From positions 11,160,001 through 11,224,000 of the forward strand of contig OZ176053.1 in the NCBI GenBank assembly GCA_964247055.1: a DNA stretch of 64,000 nucleotides. Direction: 5' to 3'. Of the stretch, positions 10,901 to 22,920 are shown one piece after another. Numbering within the stretch: position 1 is the stretch's first letter; each line of letters starts with the position of its first letter. The notes under the pieces were generated by a model that was not told where the DNA came from, did not search any database, and was given only the letters and a program-made list of their open reading frames with translations. The position numbers were made by a program, and so were the translations under genes. This stretch comes from Paragordius varius (lineage: Eukaryota > Animalia > Nematomorpha).

Positions 10901-13900
10901 TTTTGGCTCATATGAGATGATCGTATATTTCGATCATCAATATTTGTAGTATTAGGGCTACCATTCTGATTTGAATGAGCTCCTGCAGTATTAGGATTTA
11001 ATATATCCGTAATATTAAATATGCCGCCATGAGGTGAGGATACATCTTGTTGCGTATTCTGCGTTTGATTTAACATCCTTTGTATGAGATTTAAAATGCT
11101 TAAATAACGCGTATTTTCATCGGAGGGATAAGTGGTGGCTTCTACACTTTCATCACGAACCATTTCATTCAAATCATCGGTTTGAGCCAAACCTGATTCA
11201 TTACCTAAAGCATATAAAAAATTTATTGGCAATTTTTTAAAAAATGTTTCAATAATAGAGAAATTAAAAGAGTTAAGGTTTTCTAGTCAACTTGGCCAAA
11301 AAATGTTGTTTTTATTTCTCCAATTTTTAATTGTTTTTTGATTATATATATTTTTGACTTTAGATATAACCTTAATCAATTATAAAGATATTAAAAATAT
11401 ATAAATAAATTAAAAATTTCTTGTATGTTACTTTTCAAAACTAATATGAATTTGTATCAAAATAGCAAAAAATAAAAATGATTACACTATTAATAACCAC
11501 GGTTCCGATTCAAATCCATAATTTGTACAATAAAATTCAAATATAAACCGACATTTTTTTATCTAATAATGGTTACATAAAATAAATTAAACCAATGTTA
11601 TGTCGAAAATGTCGCATTCTTCGGTGCAAAGTTTTCATGGATGTCCGTATAATGGCATAAAACAAATCTGGCGGTTTGGGCCTTTTATCATTCGGAACAA
11701 TTAAGGGATCCTCAACTGTCATTGATGATATTGAATTCGTTTCGTCTATTAAATTTTTTTAGGTAAAATAGAAAGTGTATATAAATCAGATTTAAAATTT
11801 ATTTTTTGATAATTTAATTAGGGTTTGATGCTATTTAGGCAGAACATTTTCATTTAAGCTAAGTATTGGTTTTTTAAAATGATTGAAAAATTAGAATTAC
11901 CTTCGGGCGTGGTAACGTTTTTCGGTTTAACGTATTTGGGGATTCTATAATATATCACATGGATATATTTTATATAGCAAGCATTAAACCGTAAAGAAGT
12001 TTTTAGTAAGCAACGTGACGATATAATTATAATCTGTCTTTAGTTTAATTTAATGTAGGTGATTTTTTATTTGTAGTTTATATACTCGAAACCTTAATAT
12101 ATAAACAGGAATACTGATCAAACCAATGGATATAAGTCAAACATTATCAAATCATATATTTTTAACTTTATAACGTGGGTCATTCTAAACAATGTCAGAC
12201 AATAATTGTCACCAAACCAATTGTGATAATAAATCATTCAAATTAAAAATAAATTTTATATAAAAGACTTAAATATACACAAAGCATCGATCTCACGAAA
12301 TAAAATATCCCTATATTTGAGCATTAACACAAAAAGATAAAAAATCCTAAGAAAAAGGAAAAATAATTCATATAAACCATGATAAACAATCGCAAATTTT
12401 CCCTTCCAAACAAATTTTTTTACTGTTCTATATTATATTAACATTATTACGTATATTCATTCTTAATCAATACACGATAAAATTTGAAAAAATTCTTAAA
12501 ATAGAATTTTCCCTACAAATTTTTAGTAAAAAACTTGTTATTTCATAAGCATACCTATCAAGCATAGATCTTCTGTCACGCAACGATGAAAAATTATCGT
12601 TATATGAACTGTAATTTACATTGCGATTAATAGATGATTGATTATCATTGGTATTATTTGATTGTAAGGTTGGGACGAGAGTTGCATCATTGTGGAAAGC
12701 CCAACCCAGGAAATAATGACAATTTCGACAATGTAATACTGACCAACTGTATCTGTAATTTTGTTAAGTTTAGAAAAAAAATAATCTATAAAAGAAAAGG
12801 TGTAAAATTTGTGAAAATACAACATGCGTGTCAACATTATAGGTTAACTATTCAAAGATATTTTCTAATTAATTAAATTTAAAATTAGATGCATAGATAA
12901 CTTAATTTAGAAATGTAATATCCAACACTATATTGACTGTATTAAAACCCACAAATAATTACCTTAAACATACATCTATGGAACTAAAAAAAATTATTTA
13001 TTGCACCAGGTCCATACATTTATAATTCATATCTTAAATTAAGAATATGCAACAAAGAAATATTAAAGCGAGCACATTCACTTTACTATATACTCACTCA
13101 TATTTAACATCCATTAAAAACCGAAACAAATAAAAAAAAATCATTTTTTGTTAAAAATCTACCCCGTAAACCATGTAAAATCATTGGACCATTCCCCATC
13201 TAAACGTATATTTTGAGCTCGATTTACAGTTACGAATTCGTAAGCTTTATCACTGGGATTAACGAATGTGGCTTTAGCTTGTCTATTGGGGGGATTAAAT
13301 ACATCCCTCCGTAAAAACAGCGTGGATGAACAATGTTTGCAAACAAAGGCTTTACACTGCGCGTGCAACAATCGAAAATAAAATTTAAAAATAATTCATC
13401 AATAAATTAGAATAAAGCTATTGCATTTCATATTATTGATGTGGTTATATAAAATTTTTACAAGTCTAACATTTAAATTGAAGGAAATGGTTATGTATAA
13501 TTTCAAACTAATATCCGTAAATAAATTTTGAAAAAACAGCAAAAACAATTTATATTCATTTATTAAATGATTATTGAAGATATTTGTCATTTCAGAATAA
13601 ATAAGATGTTGGAAACTATAATACATAAAAATCATACGACAGTTTTAAAAACAAGAAAGGAAGAAATCTTGCAAAGTTTTTTTTCACTTTACAAGATAAT
13701 TTACAATTATATAAAGTTAAATTTCAAACGAATTAAACCATTAATTACATACTATTCTCACCATATATATGTACACCATACACACCTTTTTAAGGATATC
13801 CAATTGTGCCCTTAACCGTGCAACGATATTATCTATGGTAAGGAGTTTAAGACATGGTTCATAATCAATCGGGACGCATTTATTAATCCAACAGAAAAGC

Positions 13901-16900
13901 CGAAACGGTTCCACGGGGATCACTGGGGCCGTTTTAACCAATCCTCTCCAATGAGCAAATAATTCACGGTGTAATAAATGCACTAAACAAGTCTATTATT
14001 TAAACAGAAAATAAAAATTATAATTAAATGGAAAATTGTCATTTTTTATATAATCACGACAGTCATATTTTAATCCACAATATCGTGGTTTTATAAAATT
14101 TATATGCGTGCGGTTGTAAAATAAGAAGAAGAGATTAAAATGGATTACATATGCAAAAATTTTGTATTTCACAAGTCGTATCGATATATTTTTATAAAAC
14201 GAAATAAGGATAAAAAACATGGCATAAAAAAAGCCTAATACTATAAATGTTCAATGCTTTATTTTTAATTTTTTGGAATTATATTTTTGCTCAAATATTC
14301 TAAAATTTGCTAATAATAAATATTTAATTCATGATAAATAAATCTGGCAAAAAATATTAAAATTAATCTAAATTATGGCTGTGTGTATAAATATGTATAT
14401 CTTACTATATCATATTGCTTGTAAACGAAACCGGGCCAATGAGTGAGATAAGCTGCATTCTTATTCAATCCACTAATATTTATCGTCTATCAAAAAAATA
14501 ATATATTGAATTTTTTTATATAAATATTCAATTAATTGAAAAAATATAATAATTATACTTTAGATTTAAACGCTTCCAAACGCAAATTGAAGTAATGATC
14601 AGCTTCTTCTATCAAATCATCAGTCGGTCTATAAATATGATAAGTTTTTTAAGTAATATTATTTAAAAATATTATAACATTTACAGTTCAAATTGACCCT
14701 TAAACAATATAAATTCACCCTTGAACAATTTAAATTTCCCCTTGTTCAAAAGTGAATAAATTGTGAATGGTATATTATTTAATAGAATTATATTTTGAGG
14801 AAAATAGGCTAAAAATTTATCATAAAATTTACAAATATTAAATGATATAATAAAACCGCTAATCAATAAAGCTAGAAAAAAATAAATTAAAGTACGTAAC
14901 AAAAATAAAAAAACAATTAAACAATTAATTTCAGTGTATAAATGCAGGAATGCAATTTTTAAGTAAAAAATACATTTTCGACTGCTATTTCATAACAAAC
15001 AATTTTATAAAGTCTACATATTGAGTAAAAACTTTTCACAACTTGATATCGGAAATATATTATAAATTAATCGAATTATTTGCTGTTCAAAAAAAAACAA
15101 TTTTAAAAACCATGAAAATACGTTAAAATGACATAAAAAATACCTTAAAGCGTTTTGATGTACAGTCCGACCTGACAGAATTGAATTGAATAAGGTGTTG
15201 TAATGATCGTCTTGCCTTTCCCGTAAAAGCAAATCTTCATCAAAATCATCATCTTCGCCTTCACTCAAGCTAGAATCTAACATGTATTAATGGAAAATAT
15301 TAATTTAAAAAAATTTAATTCTATGCCTAGTGTTCCTAAAATATACACGGTGCTCATGGATTTTTTACGTAAAATTTTAAAATACAATTAGCAATGAGTC
15401 ATAAAAGCGAATTCAAGTTAATTAATAAAGTCCATAGGGAATCATTCAGTAATTGCAATATTATAAGGCATATCCATATCCATAATATGGTATAAAATTA
15501 AATCACATATATAACCATTCTAGTCCAAATATTCTTAAACAATAGCCACTTGACTACATTAGAGGAGTATAGATAGGTTTTCGGACATTAATTAAATTTA
15601 ATATGCTCAAAAAACAGCTAAAATTAAGTCTACCTAAAGCCCGTCGTATAAAAGAGCGTCTTAATGAATTTCTCGTTCGACCAGAAACGACGGGATCTCC
15701 AAAATAATGGTTATTATTATTATTATTGCTTTGGTTGGTGTAATAATTATCATCGCTTTCGGAGGAAGGGGATGTAGCATTAGAGCTTACCAGGTTTGGG
15801 AAATTGTATGTGATTGAAGTTGATGACAAATTTGGGGTATGGTCTGTCACCATGGTAGTAGATGGGAAATTCTAGCATCAAAAAATTTTAACTAAAATAA
15901 CGGTTAAATATTTATTCAAGATATGTTTTTTAATGCCTATTAAAAGTTTATTGATATTTAGAGGATGAATCAATATAATATAGCAAAATAAACATTCAAT
16001 AAATGGTTTTTAAACAACTTTGTAAATGTTTGATGAATTATAAAAAAATAAGTCAATAAAATCAGATTGCCCTATAAAAACAGTAATAACAATAATTAAT
16101 TGCGCATAAAACAACCAAATAACCTTTATTAAAATGTAACCTTACCGTAATCTCAAATCCCTGCTGCCCATTATTATGTAATGAAGTGGTACGATTATTA
16201 TTTTCCAGCCTGGCCCCAACCATATCATTTGAAGTATCAACAGATTGGGGCATTATGTAATGCATTAGTCTCCTCCGATAAGTACTAGCCATTAGCCTTC
16301 GACGTCTTCGCCTCATGCGTCGTAAATAGTTATAATTTGCATCGGAAGTGTTTAAGAGACCCGTGCTTAAATAATCTAAATATTGTCTAGTTATACTGTT
16401 TCTATCATCATTATTAGTGGATTGTGATGGTAAATTTGTAACAATACTAGTATTGATTTGATTATCATTTTGCATATTTGGAAGGATTGTTCCATCATTT
16501 ATATTATTATTATTTTGTGTAGGAGTATCAATGGTTTGGGTGGAAAAATTTTGTAAAGCATCGTGAAAACTGTATAAAAATAAACAGATCTAAACTATTT
16601 TAAACAGCTGATATCAAATCTATTTATAACTTTTAGCTCACCAAATGCGAATCTCCAAATAGGATGTGGTCCCATTCGCATTTGAAAAAATGATGATTTT
16701 CATTGATATAAATTATATGATTTAGAAAACAATACATGTTAGAAAAAATAATCAGTTATATTTTAATTTTGACAAAACTCATATCCGTTCATACAATTAT
16801 ATAATATTGATTGAACAGAGTTTTTTCCCCTAAATATTATATACATTTTTATAGTTGGAATCATAAGATATTGATAAATATAATTTAACCAAAATATCTT

Positions 16901-19900
16901 AACTGCTTTAAATCTTAAATAAATTTTTGGTGCACACAATTTAAATTACAGAAATATTAGTGTAAAAAATTATAATATTCTGGAATAATTTAAATTTTAC
17001 TCTTCGTCTTCAGTCGTATTTTCTTCATTATTCATGTGTGGTTGGCGAAGAGTTAAATCGTTGTTTGAAGTCACAATTTGCGTAATGGCATCAGTTACAC
17101 TTGGCGTATTAGCCAATGTGCCGATTGAAATGTTATCCAATGTTTGCAACAAATTATTAGATGATCTAGATCTAAATGATAGGAATATTCCATAATCTCA
17201 GATTATTCCGTAAACGATTAAATGAAGGTTATAAAAATTAAAGGCTTCTTAACGGTGAGCACCCTATCTCCAGCTCACGGATTATCACCCTTTCTGAGAT
17301 ATACCATTTACAGTTCGAATTCACCCTTGAACAATTCATATTCACCCTAAAATAATTCAAATTCACCCTCAAATATATAAATTCACCCTAAAATAAATTA
17401 TAAGTTTTTGAAATTAAAAATCACATATATTTTTTAAATTTTTAAAAAATGAAATTTCGTCTAAAAATTAATATATTACTGAAAAAGTAATAAACATTTC
17501 ATATCAATGATAAGTTATATTCCGAAAGCACTTAATTTATTTTTAGGGTGAATATAAACTGTTTGAGGGTGAATTTGAACTGTAAATGGTATATATATTT
17601 ATAAATCTTTGATCATACCGCAAATTTAAAAAAAATGAAAATACATGTTTTTATTGTTTGGGCCTTATATGAATGCTCCAAAAAATAATATTAGTGAGTT
17701 TACAGGAAGATATATTTTAAACTTATATCTCAAAAAATGGGATATTTAATATTGAAAAAAGACTGCGTCCAAAATTAGGCAAAATAAAAAATACTGATAT
17801 GGTACTTTTAGTTTTGCTTCTCACGAGTGATATAATAAAGTTATTTACAGTTTTGCGGTAAGTGCTCCATATCAAAAAATGGCAAGATTTGAGAACATTT
17901 TTTAAATAATTTTTTTTGCAAAAAATACACTTAAAATATATAATGAGCTACATATAAAAAGAAAAACAATATTTTTATAAAATTTTATTTTTTAGATGTA
18001 AGCCTTAATCCCAACTTTTTTTGCACTTCTGAAATGGGTAGTTCTTTTGAAATTAACGTAATGCCAAAATTGCGTAGAATAAATTTAAATTATATGCTAA
18101 ATTTTGATATCTAAAAAATTTTTCCCGAAAAAAATGGATTTTAGCTTAAGAATTTAATTTATAGCAAAATTTTGTTGAAAAGTAATCATACTATTTTGAG
18201 CATGATGGAAACGGATTAAAAATGTTTTGAAATATATTATTTTTCTATATAAATGGAAAATAAAACATTTCTATTACCTCAGAAATATATTTTAAAGGTT
18301 CGTTTTTTTAACTATAAGATTTTTGTAAAAAAACATATAAATTTAACATATATTTAAAAACCAACGATCATTTCAACCAAAATTCTGAGGCGATAGAGTT
18401 CAACATCATCGAAATATAGAAAAAATGTATTTATAATATCTTAAAGCGTTTTTATACCGTTTCCATCCTATCTCAAAGTAGAAGTAAGCTCCAAAACTTT
18501 TTTTGCCATTATTAAATTTCAACCAAAACATTGATTTTTCCGATAAAACGTTAATTTCAAAATTCAGCATATATTTAGGATTTTTATTGCGAAATCTCGG
18601 CATTTATACGTTTATTAGAGATTAGTTTATATTAAAAGGGAAAAAAGGATCCTACATCTAAAAACTAAAAAAATATTGCTTTGCTTTTTATAAGTCTAGT
18701 ATTTGGAACAAAGTTTTAGCTTCAAAATAGCAAAAATTTTGACATTTTTTGACGCGGAGCAGTTACCACAAAAGTGACTCGTAAGGGGCCAAAGCCAAAA
18801 GCACCATGATAACCCTCATACATTTTCCTATCGGTATATACATATTTCATCGGAATACATTTTTGTGGACACTCTGTTATAGGGAGGAACTGTATATATT
18901 ATATGATTTGCTAATTTTTCCTTTTTTCAATTATAGACGAGAATCTAATTATTATTTAAGAAACACCATACTACAAATATTTAATATTGTAAAAAATAGA
19001 ATAATTAGTATTATTAAGATGTAAAAAGTTTGTCATGCATAAATTATAACCTAGATCTTTTGGTATGATCCAGATGAATTTGATCAACACTATTATCAGA
19101 CAAAAGCGATTGATTTATTGGATGAATATCATCATATAAGCATGAGTGCTCATTAGAATTCAATATATTAGTTTGTTTTTCGTCAGGTTCTGAAGGAGTT
19201 TCAAAAATTTCTGAACTCTGATTTGATAATTTTTCGGTCAATTTTAATTCCGAATTGTTAGTTTTTGTTTTAATAGTCTCATTTAAAGATGTCATAAACG
19301 GTTTAGCTGAATCAAGCAATTCTTTCATAATTTTAGGGGTACTTTTTAATTCCTCTGTACGCTTCTCATTATTTAATCTAATTTTTGTCCAGGAAAATGG
19401 AATAACAAAATATAAGGGATCTGTGTCAGCAATGTCTGGTAAAATCATAATTTGCGCCGATAATGTACTTAAATAAAAGTGAATAATACTTATCTAAATT
19501 AACCCATGATTTTAAAAGTTTGAAACGTTGTTGACCCTTTGATTTAATTCCCAGATATCCAGATCTTGAAATTCTGTTTTCATTAACTATAATATCATTA
19601 GCGTTTTCTTCTGTATAACCAATAATTTGAGAAGTTGTACCCACGGATGCCAAAACGTTTCGTATTCCTGATGGACCCATTACATGTATCGGAAACTCTT
19701 GTCTAAAATTAAAAAAAACGTTACTTTATGGGTACAAATGCAAAAACACGTTCATTTTCAATACAGGCTTTCATTTGATTAATAATGTTGGGCATCTTTA
19801 ATCTTAAAGGTAATATTTGCTCCGGGAACAAAATAATTCCCGGCACACAGAGCAAAGGGAGTGTTTTAATTGACCCTTCTTCAAACAAAGTACTTCCCTG

Positions 19901-19982
19901 TGTTTCATCTAAATCACCTAAAACCTAAATTCTAAAGAAAAAAAACTCTTTTGAAAACTTCATCCTCCACCTCAAAATCCAT
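7931..19982 (-). CDS. CRBN: Cereblon (CRL4 substrate receptor; Lon-N plus CULT domains), about 1267 aa with very large insertions
   Basis: 19 exons: 19982-19947, 19924-19725, 19702-19490, 19467-19051, 17171-17001, 16569-16146, 15871-15634, 15276-15144, 14628-14559, 14486-14406, 13992-13786, 13356-13163, 12752-12555, 11944-11901, 11745-11593, 11204-10869, 10545-10263, 9593-9328, 8070-7931. All are GT-AG and phase-consistent (3804 nt). Motifs: VLGDLDETQGSTL...PLLCVPGIILFPEQILPL, VGTTSQI, KGQQRF, AQIMILPD, AAYLTHWPGFVYKQYD, CVPID...LL.I...ARLRAQLDIL, CKHC, FVNP, DFTWFTGYSW, CRNC, LGWAF, LFYAIIR. Exon 1 and the start codon are tentative. Confidence 0.93.
8347..9008. mobile_element. Foldback MITE with ATATACCATTT termini and subterminal 21-bp tandem repeats
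   Basis: Left arm atataccatttgcacttcaagagtgtccttgaacag... is the reverse complement of the right arm ...ctgttcaaggacactcttgaagtgcaaatggtatat. The right arm has seven gaccaacttgaaNtgttcaag units (8835-8981). It lies in the last CRBN intron. Confidence 0.9.
14672..14775. mobile_element. Collapsed, degenerate copy of the 17299-17594 MITE family
   Basis: tataacatttacagttcaaattgacccttaaacaatataaattcacccttgaacaa ... aattgtgaatggtatat. Confidence 0.6.
17299..17594. mobile_element. Foldback MITE with ATATACCATTT termini and a ttcaaattcacccttgaacaa-type 21-bp repeat
   Basis: atataccatttacagttcgaattcacccttgaac... pairs with ...gtttgagggtgaatttgaactgtaaatggtatat. It lies in CRBN intron 4. Confidence 0.85.
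18060..18605. repeat. Degenerate inverted-repeat (foldback) element in CRBN intron 4
   Basis: atgccaaaattgcgtagaataaatttaaattatatgctaaattttga (from 18061) resembles the reverse complement of about 18557-18603, atgccgagatttcgcaataaaaatcctaaatatatgctgaattttga. Confidence 0.45.
19468..19946 (-). other. Three 22-nt GT-AG introns in CRBN (19946-19925, 19724-19703, 19489-19468)
   Basis: GTTTTTTTTCTTTAGAATTTAG, GTAACGTTTTTTTTAATTTTAG and GTATTATTCACTTTTATTTAAG. Each removal fixes a +1 frame offset between conserved CRBN blocks. Intron 1 could instead be 34 nt (donor at 19958). Confidence 0.85.
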
Positions 19983-22115
19983 ATGTTTTTAGGCAATATG
20001 GGTTTTTAATAAATTCATAACAACTAAAATATTAATTTTTTTATTAATTTAATGATTGTTATTAAATATATTTCGAGCTTAAAATCGCATTATTAATGTT
20101 TTAAACAACTTAGGATTATAAATTGTCTTAAGATTTTACATACTTAGGAAGAAAATAAATAAAAAAATATTTTATTGATCACGTGATAAATATGTCGGCT
20201 TTTATATTGCTTAAAGATATTCTATGGGACCTATTCGTTTATTCTACAACAAAAGGTTAGCATGTATTTTTAACGGTAAATAACTGCATTGTTTTGGGTA
20301 ATTTGCATGTTTCACCCATTTAAAAAATTATTTTAATTTTGTTTAACGTGCACTTTTAATTCAAATGCGCGCTAAAGGGAAAAAAATTGTATAAATTAAA
20401 ATGTGCATTTTAACTCTTTTGCGCGATAAATAAAAGTTACAAAAAACACACAAACAGAACAAATAAACCAAAATTATTCATGCTGTATATATATAATTAT
20501 TTATCTTCATGGCAATATCGATATTTATTTCTGATAGTTGCCTTTTCTCTCTCCTCTTTTATACCATTATTATAATGTTAATATGTAAGCACCTCTTAAC
20601 TCTATTTCACACACACGCACACACAACTACCTAAGTTGATTACTATAAAAAACGGTTTTATGTATATATTCATATATATTTCATATATATGTATATGTAT
20701 ACTTTGGTGACAGGTATAAATACCCCTTAGTCGACCCTTTAGCTTTTTTTCGGTTAAGATTCGTTATTGGGATTAAGGGATAGTATTTAACCCAAACTTA
20801 ATCATTTTATCGGTTATAATTGTAACCCTTATAAAAAATAGTTGGCATTTACCATAGTATAAATATAGTACCCAATCAAGCATATCAGATATTGTAGAGC
20901 TTGTTTAATTTTTGACAATTTGTCTTATTTTAATTTATATATAATTTATAAATTTATATATTGTCGTTGTTTCACTTTATGATATACCCTTAATTTTCAT
21001 TGTATTGTAATGATTATAAAAACCTGGTTTTCCCATTAAAACATCAAATTATTATAATAAAACTTTTTTATCAACGACAAATAGTTACCGTTGACCGACA
21101 GTTGAATGATTAACCTATCGATATATTTGGGTGCGGTGATTGGCAACAATTTTCAAAAATATGTTTAAAATATCCATCCATATTTGTGCATTTTAACGAC
21201 GGCTTTACATATAATTTATGTGTGTTAAATAATATATTTTTATAAAGTTAACTACAAAGTTTTAGCGTTATAAATTTTCACACTTTAAATAATATTCAAC
21301 ATATTTTTTCAACCTTGTTTAGCTAAGGAAGGCAATTTATATTTATTCATTAGACTTTTCAAATATGGTCTTGGTTCGGAAATGAAAAAACACCTTTATA
21401 AAAAAAATAATTCCGCATAATATCTTATTGTAATCTTTGGTCATTTAAATTTAATAGATTTTTAATACGATCAAACATTTTGCAAAAAATGTTTGATCGA
21501 TTGCAATAAATTACAAAATCTAAATTATACGTATAATATTCCTATACTTATAGGCTAAAGCTTATAGATAAACTAGATATAAGATAAAATAAAAAAACCG
21601 CTCTCTCATACTTATATTTAATGAAGCTACGAAATTATTTTTTATTTTGCGCAAAATTGAAATGCTAGAATTAAATAATAATTAGTAAAACATTTTACTG
21701 ATTCGCAGTTGGTTCCAATTTAATGCCAAACCCGTATTTTAAACACTCTGACTTTTTTAAGATATTTTCCAAAAATATAAAAACTTGGATTGTAATTATT
21801 TTGAGTTAACCTACTCTCTCAGTTTTGGTTGATAGAGAAAAGCTGATATAAATCTATCTAAGCCCTGATCTATTAATAATACATGGAGTTTTATTTTTAA
21901 CATCCTGATTATTCCAAGTGCTTTCTATAGTTTGTGTAAACAAATAGTTTACCAATTTCGTAACCAACATTCATATTCACCCTTAATAAAAGCATTTATA
22001 CATAATATTTTAATGTATTATTATAATATAATTTAATTTATATAGGTGTCAAGCTTGATTGACAAATTTAAGAACCGAAAACCAACCATTTATTCAGATA
22101 TAAAAACATTTCATT

Positions 22116-22886
22116 ATGGATAAAAACGCCACATTTTACCAAAAATTAACTGCATTTTATCACAACAAAGGGTATTTTTTTTAAAATTATATCACATAAC
22201 ATTCTTTTTAAATTTCATATTTTTTGACAATTAATATATTTTAGGATTAGTTTTGAATATGAACCACGTATTGGTGGAACAAAACTTTGTTTAGAAAAAG
22301 TATATGGATTGGTCCAAAATATGGGCGGTTCTTCAAAGGTTATAAATTTTTTATTTGAACCTCATAAGCCATATCATTTATCAAACACGTGTGCCTGCTA
22401 AATATTGTTTTTAGTTTACCAGTTAATATTTCATAGGTTGAAAATCTTTTTTTCATAAATCCTAAATAATATTTTTCTAACATTTTTGTAAATATTAATT
22501 GGTTAACTCATTGCCATTTTTGGCATTTTTTTCGCTATTGCGTTTAACATATTTTAATTTGTACAAGCTAAGGTTTCCCATGGATATAAATGAAACATTT
22601 TAACGATATATAAAAGATATTAATTAAAACTATAATAAATGATTTTGTTTGACAATTAATTGTGCATTTATAATTTGTGATAATATTTTTTTAAAAAAAA
22701 CATACCTTATAAAGTTTTTATTATATATATATGTACTTGAGTAAAATAAAACTTTGGTTGTGTTTTTAATACACCAATTAAAATATCTATAACCTATTTT
22801 TATAATTTTTTATCGTTGATCCAAATATTATTGGTTATGGTTTATAATTAGAAAAACCCGATTTTCTGTAGAATTTACATAGTTTA

Positions 22887-22920
<34 letters not shown>

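Noticed and set aside
19932-19958. A 27-nt CRBN intron 1 using the acceptor at 19932
   Set aside because: It leads to AAT TTA GGT TTT AGG TGA (stop). Only the acceptor at 19925 gives the VLGDLDE frame.
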